Origin: Haliotis cracherodii
Taxonomy: Eukaryota
NCBI RefSeq assembly: GCF_022045235.1
Contig: NW_027266308.1
Span: 57,722,001-57,786,000, forward strand
Length of the DNA: 64,000 nt
Reading direction: 5' to 3'
Shown: piece by piece, positions 25,601 to 38,224 of the stretch
Position numbering within the stretch: the stretch's first letter is position 1
Layout: each line of letters starts with the position of its first letter
Notes under the pieces: generated by a model
The model's input: the letters and a program-made list of their open reading frames with translations, nothing else
What the model was told of the DNA's origin: nothing
Databases searched by the model: none
Made by a program: the position numbers and the translations under genes

Positions 25601-28600
25601 AAACTTAAAATATCTTTGTAAAAGTCTTCTGAAGAGGCTACTGGCAGTCAAGTTTGGATAGCTTAGTTGACTGAAAATGTTTGATATAGGTTGTCAGGTC
25701 TATCTTCAGAAATAAGCTGCCCAGTTGCTGAAGACAATGAGGATACCATCCTACAGGAATTTCAACTGTCTGGAAATATATACGCTATTCTGAGTCCTTG
25801 TTTAATGCAATTCTGTTACACAATTTTTGTAATGGGGGCACGGTTGGCAGAGTTGCGTCCCTTGGGCACGCTAGAAACATGATTGTGGGTTTGAATCCCG
25901 GTTCGCCCTGATTATGTTTCTAGGTTTGTCAGCACCAAACCCGTGCTCAAGGGTTTTACTGAAGTGGTAAACATCTAAGACCTGCATCACGTTGGGCGTT
26001 CCTCCCACATTAAGTTGACACACCGCGATATAACTGGAATACTGTTGAAAGCAGTGTTAAACCCAACTCACTCACTCAATTTTGTACAACTTTAGCAGTG
26101 AAAACATGATTATTACACATTATATCTGTTTCCTACAATTACCATGAATCATTGGTCTTTTATGTGCTTAGAAAACAATAGGAACATGAAGTGTTCTTCT
26201 GAAGGGATGTACTGTATTTAACTTGTTTGTGTTTATAGGATTCAAAGAACAAATCTATGATGTGTATCGGTACCTGCCACCAGCAACCCAAGTACTTCTC
26301 ATCTCTGCTACACTTCCTCACGAGATCCTGGAGATGACCAGCAAGTTCATGACAGACCCAATCAGAATCCTGGTCAAACGGTAACATCTCAATCATTCTG
26401 ATCATTTTAGCTTCACATGTGCAATAGTATGGGGATTTGGGGATTGTAGACCAGATTACATCCCCAATATCTCAGACTCATGTATGGTCTGGAAAGGTAT
26501 TGGATGGCCGCGGTGACTGATTGGTCTGGATGGTGACCACCAGGGAAGACCAAATTGTTTTATATAATTATCCAGTCTGCATGGTTGCTGCTGTTGTCAT
26601 GTAGCTTTTAGTGGCATCATTCACCAGCTCACTTGCCATACTGATCAGTGAAGGTGAATGCTGACATATTGAATCCATTATGGACTAGCCGATGGCAGGT
26701 TCGCAGTGAGGAGACATTGCAGCAGGGAACTTTAAGTGTTTGCATATTAACTGCATTCTGAACCTAACAAACTTAAGGTGGCTTCAGACCCGGGAAGATC
26801 CGGGTAAAGAATCGGTCTTCAGCAACCCATGCTCGCCGTCAGAGGCAACTAACAGTATCGAGTGGTCAGACTGACTGACTTGGTTGAAGCATGTCATTGT
26901 ATCCCAATTGCATAGATTGATGCTCATGATGTCAATCACTGGATTGTCTTGTCCAAACTCGATTATTTGCAGACTGCTGTCATATAGCTGGAATATTTTG
27001 CTGAGTGCGGCATTAAACAAGAAACAAAATGAGGTGTCTTCACTTTACAAGATTAAATTTGCTGTTTTATGTTCACAGACACACATTTCTGTGTGATATC
27101 CCTTCCACATATTGTCATTTTTCCTTGCATGACAACAATCAAAAAATGAAGCTATAATGTCATTATGTTTTGATTATACTCTTTCTTCTCTTAGTTATGT
27201 CAGTGTGTATGAATTGTGTCCATGTTTCATACATGATGTTTGTATCTGAATCCAGTGATGAGTTGACCTTGGAAGGCATCAAGCAGTTCTTCGTGGCAGT
27301 AGAGAGAGAGGAGTGGAAGTTTGACACACTCTGTGATCTGTACGACACCCTCACCATCACACAGGCAGTCATCTTCTGTAACACCAAGAGAAAGGTACAA
27401 GACTCATTCCACGCAATAATCTTTCAGAATAGCGCCAATAACAGACCAATTAAGCATATTGATTCAAAGTTAAGGTCAATCACTTCATTCGACACAAACT
27501 TTTTATGTACTTTTCAGGTTATGCAATGTTGCAATTGTTTTTACACTTTAATGATGTCAATGACAGCCTACATGAACGCTTGATGGAATATACTGTTTTG
27601 ATGTTGCAGGTGGACTGGCTGACTGAGAAGATGAGGGAGGCCAACTTCACTGTGTCATCCATGCATGGTGACATGCCACAGAAAGAGAGAGATTCCATCA
27701 TGAAGGAGTTCAGATCAGGATCCAGGTAGGACTGTTGTTTCTGCATAGTCACATTATAGAAGTAATCATTGGTAGCATCAGTGTTGCCATGATACAAAGT
27801 AGCATACAGAAGGTTGAGGTTTGTTTTCAATATTGATGCCAGTTTTCGTTTTCGCATCATACGTTACAATGCTTCCGTATTTCATGCTTAGTCACTCCAT
27901 GAATCAGATTCATGAGTACCCATGAAGATCCGGGTTAGAATTAAGTCTCCGGCAACCCATCTGGTGGTGAAGCTGCTTGATGCATGTCATCTTATCCCAA
28001 TTGCATAGATCAATGCTCATGATGTCAGTCACTGGATTGTATGGTCAAGACTTGATTATTTAGAGACTGCTGCCATGTAGCTGGAATATTGCTGAGTATG
28101 ATATAATAATGGAAATTGTTTGCAAGAATGAGCCAAAGTTCGTAAGTGTTATTTTTTGTAATGGTAATGTTTGGGTTGCACTTTTGTTTTCAGAAGAACT
28201 CTTTTCTTAAATTCAGCAGAATGAGTTCATGTTGTTTTGTACATTTCAGTCGCGTCCTCATCACAACTGATGTTTGGGCCCGAGGTATTGATGTTCAACA
28301 GGTGTCTCTCGTCATCAACTATGATCTGCCAAACAACAGAGAATTGTACATTCACAGGTATGTAACTGTAGACTTTCAGTACCAGACACTCATAAGCAGT
28401 TTTATCTTTGTCAACTGCAACAAATCCAGCTGAGTATGCAATCTGGGCCAAGAACATGTCGACACATTCTTTCTAAGAACTTGACATGTTTTTCTCAGAA
28501 ACTTCACCACCTGTGAAGATTTGGGTTAGAATTGGTCTTCTGGAGTCCATGCTTGTGGTATTAGGCGTCGAACAGGATCATGTGGTCAGGCTCGCTGACT

Positions 28601-29979
28601 TGGTTGATATGGCTGGAATATTTGCTGAGTACTGTGTGAAATTAACAAACAAACAAACAAACTCAGAAAGTTTAGCCAACACTGTTCAGTGTTGATTCCA
28701 TCCATGTCTGTGTTGGAGTGCCATATTGGGTTAAATTGTATGTTGAAATTGACATCAGTATCGTAAAACAGTTGATGTCGAAGGTCTACAGTGCTTTGAA
28801 AATGTGTTTTCATATCTACCATTTTACCTGCGAGTCTTTGTATTTGACACTGAGATCATTTTTTGTAGAATCGGCCGATCAGGTAGATTTGGAAGGAAAG
28901 GTGTGGCCATCAACTTTGTAAAGAATGATGACATCAGAATTCTGAGAGATATTGAACAGTACTACTCAACACAAATTGATGAAATGCCCATGAATGGTAA
29001 GTTTGTGAATGGTTAACATGAGACTATTTTTTTCATGCCCTTGGATGGGTAGCATGTCAGAATAGGTCCCCAGTGTAAATCCTCATGAGGCAGCATTCAT
29101 GTAAGGTTTTGTATGATGTTCTCACTCTTGACCACAATCACAATTTACATTCCACCATGGTAAAGATGCAATATTGCTTACCACCATGAAAAGTTTCTTT
29201 TTCTCGCTCATGCTGATTGGTGGTCAGATAGCATGGTGGTTTAAGCTTTCCCTTGTCACGCTGAAGTCCCTGGCTCGTTCCCCAAATGGGTACAATGTGT
29301 GAAGCTCATTTCCTATGTGCCCTGGCTGTGATATTGCTGGAATATTCCTAAAAGTGGCGTAAGACCACCTCCGTGGTCTAGTGGTAGAGTGTCCGCCCGG
29401 AGAGCGGAAGGTCCGGGTTTCGATCCCCGACCGTGTCATACCAAAAGATGTTAAAAGATGGCACTTGTTGTTACCCTGTCTGGCGCTCGGCAGTGAGGGT
29501 CTAAAACAAGGACTGGTCGGCTCGGAGTCAGTATACTGTGTCTGAGTGGGGTATTCATGGTAAACTGCGGCATGGTATCTCAGTGAGCTAGCACTATAAA
29601 TCGGCATCAGTCCGGACAAGTACAGGCAGCCACACAAACAGACGTACATGCATGTCGCTATATAAGTGCAATAATCTTGGACACGACGTTAAAACCCCAT
29701 TTCATCTCACCTAAAAGTGGCGTACAAAACTCGCTCGCTCATGCTGACAGCGGGCTGTATAGAATATAGAATTCTTTCAACTTTCTTTTGTCAAACTTGA
29801 AATAACTATTTAATGTCTGTGAAATTAAAACACATATTTTTCCCATATATTATTGTATTTATTAGGCTGTTGAAACTAACAGAATAAATTAGCTCAGCCA
29901 ATATTAATCCTTTCTTTCCGGATTATTTCCTGCTCACAAATGTGAATTTCTGTCTTTTACAGTTGCTGATCTGATCTAA
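19690..29979 (+). CDS. EIF4A3: Eukaryotic initiation factor 4A-III (EJC DEAD-box helicase), 399 aa; exons 19690..19822, 20105..20177, 20581..20710, 21092..21224, 21709..21789, 26239..26380, 27256..27394, 27610..27725, 28250..28357, 28869..28996, 29963..29979
   Basis: [38 protein letters not shown] and [13 protein letters not shown] motifs; eIF4A3-specific [16 protein letters not shown]-terminus and MPMNVADLI end. Phases consistent, 1200 nt; AATAAA at 30453. Confidence 0.97.
21955..22017 (+). ncRNA. SNORD54: Box C/D snoRNA U54-type, copy 1
   Basis: GGGC-aATGAGGA (box C variant)...ATATACGCTATT-CTGA-GCCC. The guide pairs with 18S AAUAGCGUAUAU; the D+5 rule gives the G equivalent to human Gm644. 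Confidence 0.85.
22521..22841. mobile_element. Tc1/mariner (pogo/Tigger-like) MITE
   Basis: TA|CCGTATTCGACGTAATAAGCGCCC ... GGGCGCTTATTACGTCGAATGTGG|TA. Confidence 0.75.
23062..23126 (+). ncRNA. SNORD54: U54-type snoRNA copy 2
   Basis: Same boxes, guide and GGGC/GCCC stem. Confidence 0.85.
23571..23633 (+). ncRNA. SNORD54: U54-type snoRNA copy 3
   Basis: Same boxes, guide and stem. Confidence 0.85.
23964..24028 (+). ncRNA. SNORD54: U54-type snoRNA copy 4
   Basis: Same boxes and guide; extended TGGCAAGGGC/GCCCTTTGCCA stem. Confidence 0.85.
24598..24663 (+). ncRNA. SNORD54: U54-type snoRNA copy 5
   Basis: Same boxes, guide and stem. Confidence 0.85.
24963..25025 (+). ncRNA. SNORD54: U54-type snoRNA copy 6
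   Basis: Same boxes, guide and stem; flanks duplicate those of copy 3. Confidence 0.85.
25355..25419 (+). ncRNA. SNORD54: U54-type snoRNA copy 7
   Basis: Same boxes, guide and stem; upstream flank duplicates that of copy 4. Confidence 0.85.
25733..25796 (+). ncRNA. SNORD54: U54-type snoRNA copy 8 (divergent)
   Basis: GAC-aATGAGGA...ATATACGCTATT-CTGA-GTC; compensatory GAC/GTC terminal stem. Confidence 0.85.
25833..26078 (+). mobile_element. tRNA-derived SINE family C
   Basis: GGGGCACGG...GCGTCCCTTGGGCACG...CCCACATTAAG...(ACTC)n; other copies at ~33343, 50918, 54655 and 60705. Confidence 0.8.
26786..27029 (+). mobile_element. SINE-like family B
   Basis: Matches the family B consensus. Confidence 0.75.
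27916..28100 (+). mobile_element. SINE-like family B (internally deleted)
   Basis: Matches the 5' and 3' parts of family B. Confidence 0.65.
29362..29712 (+). mobile_element. tRNA-derived SINE family D nested in a family A SINE
   Basis: A/B-box-like head (TGGTCTAGTGG ... GGTTTCGATCCC); 15-bp TSD CCTAAAAGTGGCGTA at 29347 and 29710 splits the family A tail. Confidence 0.85.
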
Positions 29980-30942
29980 GAAAGAGGGTGTGGAGAGAAA
30001 AAAAGCTATTGTGAAGTGACAATAATAGACACTGTGTTCAGACAAACCAAACATCTGTGAAAGACAGATAGCTGTACTTAACTGCAAACCACCAGTCATC
30101 TGTGTCAGTGAATCAACAGTGCTCAGCTGAAGAATGCAGTGGAAGTGGTACACAACAGACAGACACTTCAGCTGTGCAGCTATCACCGCAGGAAAGCCAT
30201 GCTTTGTTTTAGTGGGATAACTGCAGTTTGAGAAATAATTTGTTTATCATTGAAAGGGTTTTGTGACATTTACTGATGCAGCTGTAACCTGTGGATCATC
30301 TGTATATCTTATTTAGGTGTAAGTTACTAGTTATTTTAACACCCTTCATTCTGTAAGATCATGCTCATTGTAAATACATGCTTCCTTATTATTAAATAAT
30401 TATTTTTTTTCATTGATCATGTCTTTAAAAAGTCCATTTTGTCTTAAATGTGAATAAAATTCAGACTTGTACAGATTGTCACTTAATTTTGTTTCCTTTG
30501 TGGATGATACACTGTAACTGCTGTGTAAATAAGAATGATATATAATGCACATTTATAATACATATTAAGGATACAATACGTATCGCGATACTTTGTTCCT
30601 GATATGATACACGTCACAATACTTAATTTGCATGGATTTCATAAGGCATAAACACTATTAAAAAGCAACTTGAATAATGGGTCTAATATATGAAAAAAGG
30701 ATGTCTCATACAATCAGTACTGTATTTCAGATAAAACTGGAAAGTCATTTATATATGTTATATTATTTATCAAATTCCCTGTTTGCAAAATTGAAATTGA
30801 AAAAATTGTATATGAAAGATTGTATCCTTGTGTGAAACGATACAGGATTGAAATAAGAATCAATACAGGTAAGTGTGTATCGAGGATCCTATTGTCTGAG
30901 AATTATTATCCATGTATTGATGAACAGTGACAGATACATGTA

Positions 30943-32161
30943 CCACTCAAAAGAATCCACCAAACAAATATTACTTCTATTTTCTTTGTACTATATACAA
31001 AAACATTTGACTGTCGATGTCCAAATTGGTTCATGACTGTTCATTGTCTTGTGGTTTGAATCCAAAAGGGACTGGGAACTGTGGCATGAATTCAGGAAGG
31101 CATCAGTTTGCCTGAAGTGGGACCTTGTCTAAATGTGTCCCCGTCTGACATTCACAGACTATGGGTACACTGAAAGCAAACAGGAAAAGTGCAGGAACTA
31201 CGTCTCCCTTGTCGTCCACAAATAAAGAGCACATGATTGACTCGTCCTGTCAGGACTACTCCAACTCACCATTACTGGTAATGCTCTATGAATACAGCCA
31301 AGGAAAGCTACTAATGCCAACGTTTGTGAAGAGAAGATTCGCAATAGGCTTCTGGAGGCAAACTTGAGATTAATATGTCAAAGCTGTCCTTTTGCCATTC
31401 AAAACTCACCATAGAGCTGCACGTTTGATGTGGTGTCAGCAGCATCTTCGATGGAATAGGCACCAGTGGAATCTTGTTCATAGATGAATCCAGGTTTAGT
31501 TTGCAGTTCTGTGATGGCCGTATCCGAGTGTACCGACGTTCTTGTGAGCGTTTTGTTGACACTAACGTCAGAGAAAGGCAGCGTTTGGAGGTGGATCAGG
31601 AATGATATTGCACAGATTCAGTTTCAACCACAGAGACGAGATTTTACAGCCTCTGGTGCTTCCAGCGCTTTGAGCTATTGGTCCACAGGCAAGACTCCAG
31701 GGCGACAATGCACGTCCACGTTGTGCTTTTGTTGTCAGGAACTTTCTGCAGCAGAGTCAGATCGACAAAATGGACTGGCCATCATATTCTCCCGATTTTG
31801 GCACCTTTTGAACATTTGTGGGACGTGTATGGACGAAACGGTCGGTATTCAAACGATGATTGGTGCAACAAGAATGGCTAGCCTTTCCACAGATTACCCT
31901 CAGAAATTTGGTTGGGTCGATACATCAACGTTGTCATCAATTACAGAGGTGGTCACACTCACCAGTACACCAGTGACTTTGACAAATGACACAAGTTGCC
32001 TTCAGTGCAGCATTTTTACTTAACCGCTATCCTCCTTTCATTGTTCTGACATGTCTTTTTGTTATGTAATGGCATGTCTAACAATTACTTAAAGATTATA
32101 ACACATATGCCAGCTGTTAAAACTTTACAATTTCCAGTGTTCCTTGGATTCTTTTGAGTAG
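30943..32161 (+). mobile_element. Decayed Tc1-like DNA transposon with a frameshifted DDE transposase pseudogene
   Basis: TIRs C(C/T)ACTCAAAAGAATCCA flanked by TA; broken motifs LFIDESRFSLQFCDGRIRVYRR, LQGDNARPH, DWPSYSPD..PFEHLWD and GGHT. Confidence 0.88.
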
Positions 32162-32876
32162 TATACGTCACAACAAAATGACGGGGATTGATTTGACTGT
32201 GGATCATTTCACTTGCCTTTGTGAATCGCATGGAAGATTTGAATACACGAGGCATCCATGAAACTACCTTTCAGCTGAAGAATCTCAGTGTCCGCTAATA
32301 TCTTCTAATATCGTCTGTCACCCAACACACAAACTTCAGGTATACAAGTTACCCTGATATGAAACTCCAACCTCAGAAGTCTCATGACGTCTAACACCAC
32401 TGTAGATGTGTACCTACAATTCGCAAGTAACTCATGCATAACCCATAACGGCTGATTATTGTCAGAATCGGATATTCCAGATTTCGCGAAATTTGCAAAC
32501 CCCATTTAAATGGCAGCCTTACGACATACTTGCGACGTCCCGCAACAGCCAGCGACGTGGTTTATTCAACGCACCTGCAGACCAAGTCGATGGGATGTGT
32601 CGCAAGTTCGCAATATATGCAACAGACACCTGTGGAAAATCACTTACACAACGGGTGATGTCTAATAGTCGAAGACAGAAAAAAATCAAAGCAGAATGAC
32701 GGCATAAAAAAGCAATAACTGAATAGTTGTAAGTGTAGACTAAAATCTAGTCATATCTAATGAATATATCTTCCAGATAAAAACCAGTTGTTAAATTATC
32801 TTAAAATATAATAAAAAAGAGGCCAGAGACTTCATTTTCAGATACTGCAGTAATCTAGAAGTTTTAACTGCCCACT

Positions 32877-33093
32877 AAGCAATATTCCAGCTGTATGATG
32901 GCGGTCTCTAAATAATCGAGTCTGGACCAGACAATCCAGTGATTGACATCATGATAATCGGTCCACCACGCAATCGGGTTCGATGACATGCATCAACCAA
33001 GTCAGCGAGCCTGACCACCCGATCCCGTTTAGTCGCCTCTTACGACAAGCATGGTTTGCTGAAGTCCTATTCTTCCCGGGATCTTCACGGGTC
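32877..33093 (-). mobile_element. SINE-like family B
   Basis: Reverse complement of the family B consensus. Confidence 0.75.
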
Positions 33094-33342
33094 GCCAAAC
33101 GTTACAGACTTGCATGGGCTTTATTGGATATATTTGTATTCATGCAGGGTCTGTATGACAGACAATAGTAAGTGGTGTTTTATGTAGGACAAACCTACTG
33201 TTTTAAAATTTGACGTTGTCCCACTGTAGAGTAGATATTGATTTTTTAGTTTTGAAACGAGTGCCGCGATGTCATGGTAGAATTTTTATATGGGCACCTA
33301 TTCCATGAGAGACCGACGTCGACTAGGTTTTCCTTAGAACGC

Positions 33343-33616
33343 GTGAGTGAGTGAGTTGGGTTTAACGCCGCTTTTAACATTATTCCAGTTATATCACGGC
33401 GTGTCAGCTTAATGTGGGAGGAAAGCCCGAAGTGATGCTGGTCTCAGACGTTTACCACTTCGGTGAAACCCACGAGCACGGGTATGGTGCTGACAAACCT
33501 AGAAACATAATCAGGGCGAACCGGGATTCGAACCCACAATCATAGGTTTCTGGCGTGCCCAAGGGACGCAACTCTGCACAGCGAATCGCCTTAGACGACT
33601 TGGCCACCCGTGCCTC
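33343..33616 (-). mobile_element. SINE family C
   Basis: Full copy with TSD CCTTAGAACG. Confidence 0.85.
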
Positions 33617-33886
33617 CTCCTTAGAACGATTATAGTTTGAATTTTGTTAAAACCAAAATGACGTCTTGAACATTAAAACATTTGAAAATGATTGGATTTT
33701 GTCATTATTTTGTTCTTGATTTTATCTCAAATGTATTTTGTGACTTATTTACGCGATTTTGCGAATCATTTAAATATTTGATATTCTATTTATATATTCT
33801 ATTAATAATGGAATAAGAAAACTATTTGTTGGAAAACATTGCTTCCACCACAGTTCATTGTTTTGCCATGTTTCAGTTGGACCAAA

Positions 33887-36800
33887 TATTATAGGCATAA
33901 AATAATAGATAAAAGAATAGTAATTAACAAGTCATTAAGACACTCATAGTAATTATATAAATAAACAAGCTGAGGGGCTAACAGAGTAAGAAATAGGTAT
34001 AACACATGGGAAGATATAGGAAGGGCAGGCGATATAGGAATTGAGGAGCACAGGAAACATACTGGGCCACTAGTAACCAGGGGTGACAGTAGTGGGTCGA
34101 GGGTCGGAGTACCAGAGCAAAACAATAAAAGTATCATAGCAAGGGAATGTGCAGGTTGCCAGAGACAAAATAGATTGGGAGAGGAAACGTAGAGGAAATT
34201 GCCCTCGGGTTCATAAATGGTTTTGGGGGGAATAGTCCAGATTCCGGGGGTTGAGGTGGTTACATTACCACAAGTCCTAAAAAGGACCTTGAGGTGAGAC
34301 AAGAGTGGGTTAGAATCATCTAGTGTAGTGGGGAAAGGTGGTTAACAATGATACATGGAAAAATGAGTAGAACTGTGACGTAGGTACCGATTTAAAAAGG
34401 GACAAAAGCCCCAGAGCGGGGAGAGAGGCGAGAGAGCGGCTGGGGAGACGACAACAGGACTGGTGCTCCTAGAGCGGCAGCCCAGAGCACTTTGGTCAAA
34501 CGAACAAGGTACCAATATCCGAACACAGGAACATTTTCTGTGTAACCCAACATATTCATATATGGATGTCTGCCGGGGAGCCCCTGCTGCGTGTGGCCCC
34601 TGGCCCCCCAAATGAAGGGGCCATTCAAGGGCTGGATCAAACATTGGAGGTACCACATGAAAGTAAGTGTAAATGAACTGTTACATATCACAGAGTACAG
34701 AATGGGCCACGCCAGACAAATCTTCCTCTGCAAAAGGCCTGCCAGACACCCCCAAAGAGGGTCCCAAAATATGGGCTGGGTTAAACATTGGAGGTACCAC
34801 ATGAAATCAACATAAAATGAACTATTTCACTCTACTAAGAATAAAAACCCCATTGCCAGACAAATCGTCTGCTGCATAAGGCCCGCCAGACACCCCCAAA
34901 TGTTGACCCTTAATGCACTCAGTGGACACTCTGGTAAAATTTGACCAGAGTATACATTCAAAGTACCAGATGAAAGTAAGTTTAGATCAACAGGTACATG
35001 TTACTGAGTACAAGACGGCCCATACCTGACAAATTGTCCTCTGCATAAGGTCCGCCAGACCCACCAGAGAGGGTCCCAAAATTTGGGCTGGGTTAAACAT
35101 TGGAGGTACCACACTGGGGGGTCGCGCCTTCAGATTATAACAATTGCAATACAAACCAGGGGGGTCCAAGAAACAGGTTCTCATGACCTGCAAGTATGAT
35201 CATGTTAATTCTAGTTCAAGTGGGAAATCACGCCATTAAGATAATTACAATGCCAAGACAAACCAGGGTGTGTCAAAGGAAGGTTTCTCACGACCTTCAT
35301 GTATGATCATGTTTATTCAGTTCAAAGTGTTTTATGATTTCATAAATGCTTCAAGTTATATTGTGATTATAACGTCAGTAGCACTATTATTAAGATTTCA
35401 TATTTGCAATCAGAGGTTGGCAGAAAAGAAAAGGCTAGGTGTGGTTTGGAAACGGCTTTTCTTTTAACAAAAGAATTCACATTTGTTTGATAACACAGCT
35501 CTATGGTAACAATGATAGGGAAATTTATACAAAATTCAGTCAATCGTGACAGATCAACAATTGCTTGTTTAGAATTTAGTGTTGTGGAAAACACCCTGAA
35601 TGGATCAGGTTAATGCAACCTTTCTTGGCATTTTACCGGGAGGTAAGAAAAGTTTTCCCGGGAAGCTTGATGTCGATTTCTCGAGAGAAGTGACGTGCTC
35701 GTCACACACCTCAGAAAAAAAAGAAGTTAAATTTATTGTGTATGGCTTTCCCTTCTTTATTGAGGGTATTCAAAAACAGATATATATATATATGTACACT
35801 AGGTCATCCTGGGATAGAAGTCTAAACACATTTAACCGTGGCACAGCTCACGCGCCAATATCATGACTCTCTGTATAGTGTAAGACGTTTATTCAAACAC
35901 ATAGATGGCAAATCTGAGACGTAAGGCCTTGTGAACATTTAGATATATAGTGGAGGTTTCATAACAGATATTTGAGTATTGAAATCAAAACCATGTCACA
36001 TTATGAACATACATTTACATTTAACAACAAGAACAAAATCATAAAACATGATGGGTAATTACATTTCACATTTGGTGGTGCGATAGTTTTGACGAGGTGA
36101 ATATCAGTAACGGCCCTTCTCCAACCGTGACACTCCGAGAAAAGTTTTGAAGATCAGGACGAAAATACATCAAGAATAGAACATTCATCTTTTCGTGTCA
36201 CCAAACCCTGTTCATCTCTTTCCGTGACCTGACAAACTTGATATTTTCACACAGGTCTGTGCCACGATTTTGTTAGGTTTCTCGATACGATAAACTTTTC
36301 GGGACCGACCATAAATATTGAAATATTTGGCCGGAATTCAGCTTTTTAGATGATAAAACTTGCTAAATAAACGGAGATCATAGGTTTTTAAACACAATTA
36401 TCACCAAAAGATTTCCAAATGGTATTAGGGACTGTCATTTACCATTCTTATAGCAGGCTTTGAGGACTACCTAAGCATGTTTGGGTTTGTAGGAATCCAT
36501 AGCCAAGCTATCAGGCTATAGCAGGCTTTGAGGACTTCATAGCTGATCAGATATATATTCACAAGAATCAGATTCATGCCTTTTTTTATTACATTTCAAC
36601 GATAGGCCTAATCTATGATATCAATACTAGTATTCAGAGACCTGATTTTATAAATACGTGATTTTAATCTCAATAAAATCCTTCCATCTTTAAGAACAAA
36701 ACATAAATTTGACCATCTGTTGACTCTCAGAGCTGATGTCCAATGTTTCATTATGCACACTGGGATTACAGAGGGTCAACTGTGTGGGGTGGGGTGAGGG

Positions 36801-38202
36801 TCTGTCTAGCGGGCCTTATGCAGAAGAGGATTTGTTTGGCAATGGGTATTTTGTAATAAGTAGAGTGTAATAGTTCATTTTATGTTGGTTCCATGTGATA
36901 CCTCCAATGTTTAAGCCTTATGCAGAGGAAGATTTATCTGGTGTGGCCCATTCTGTACGCTGTGATATGAACCTGTTCATTCAAACGTACCTTAATGTGG
37001 TACAATCGATATATATTCCAGACCAATTTTACCCGTGTATACCTGAAGGGTCAACTTTTTGTGGGTGTCTGGCGGGCCTTATGCAGAAGATGATTTGTCT
37101 GGCAATTGGTATTGTGCAATAAGTAGAGTGCATTTTATGTTGGTTTCATGTGGTACCTCCAATGTTTAACCCAGCCCAAATTTTGGGACCCTCTCTGGGG
37201 GGTCTGGCGGACCTTATGCAGAGGACAATTTGTCAGGTATGGGCCGTCTTGTACTCAGTAACATGTACCTGTTGATCTAAACTTACTTTCATCTGGTACT
37301 TTGAATGTATACTCTGGTCAAATTTTACCAGAGTGTCCACTGAGTGCATTAAGGGTCAACATTTGGGGTTGTCTGGCGGGCCTTATGCAGCAGACGATTT
37401 GTCTGGCAATGGGGTTTTTATTCTTAGTAGAGTGAAATAGTTCATTTTATGTTGATTTCATGTGGTACCTCCAATGTTTAACCCAGCCCAAATTTTGGGA
37501 CCCTCTTTGGGGGTGTCTGGCAGGCCTTTTGCAGAGGAAGATTTGTCTGGCGTGGCCCATTCTGTACTCTGTGATATGTAACTGTTCATTTACACTTACT
37601 TTCATGTGGTACCTCCAATGTTTGATCCAGCCCTTGAATGGCCCCTTCATTTGGGGGGCCAGGGGCCACACGCAGCAGGGGCTCCCCGGCAGACATCCAT
37701 ATATGAATATGTTGGGTTGCACAGTAAATGTTCCTGTGTTCGGATATTGGTACCTTGTTCGTTTGACCAAAGTGCTCTGGGCTGCCGGTCTATCCGCTCT
37801 CGGCCAAAAAGCCTCGAGATCGGGAGAGCGGCTGGGGAGACGACATATGGACTGGTACTCCGTTCTCGGCTTGTTGTCACGATCTTTCGAACCAGCATTT
37901 CGACCGAGACAGAAGCTTTGCGGCCGAAGTCTCGTATTTAAGTGACAAGTAGAGTTGGTTGACCGGCAACACAAAATGGGAATAAAAGCTGTTAAACAAA
38001 GATCACTCTTTGTGCTTGTTGGAGGAACTATGGTAATAGGTCCAAGGCCCTCGGGTACTGACATTGTACCTCTCGCTCATCCCTGACTGTCAGCACCAAG
38101 AACGAGGGGATTACCGTAGTTAGGTCGTAGATGTACACGAATTGCCACCCTGGTAATTAACAACAATTACCGTCCCTTATCATCTTAAAAATACCTTGGA
38201 TA
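33887..38202 (+). repeat. 5' LTR, split into 33887..34469 and 37793..38202 by a DNA-transposon insertion
   Basis: The two halves concatenate to match 47848..48848, with roughly 6 substitutions and one 11-bp indel by eye. Confidence 0.92.
34470..37792. mobile_element. Non-autonomous long-TIR DNA transposon (Academ-like)
   Basis: 644-bp TIRs (34470..35113 and 37149..37792) built of ~155-bp subrepeats; TAG...CTA termini; 3-bp TSD TCC confirmed by the uninterrupted 3' LTR; no transposase ORF. Superfamily inferred from termini and TSD only. Confidence 0.8.
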
Positions 38203-38204
38203 CG

Positions 38205-38224
38205 TGGTGGACTGATGCGGGGTA
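38205..38224 (+). promoter_or_regulatory. Primer-binding site, tRNA-Ala-like
   Basis: TGGTGGACTGATGCGGGGTA starts 2 nt after the LTR; resembles the complement of the tRNA-Ala 3' end (TGGTGGAGATGCGGGG) with a 2-nt insertion. Confidence 0.7.

Noticed and set aside
26426-26770. Telomerase RNA candidate (H/ACA-like end)
   Set aside because: No CTAACCCT-type template upstream of the hairpins.
33889-34302. 137-aa antisense ORF in both LTRs (also 47850..48263)
   Set aside because: TTG start, no recognisable domain; its duplication simply reflects LTR identity.
34342-37945. Cluster of 70-200 aa ORFs in the long TIRs
   Set aside because: Mirror-image ORFs of the inverted repeats with no transposase motifs.
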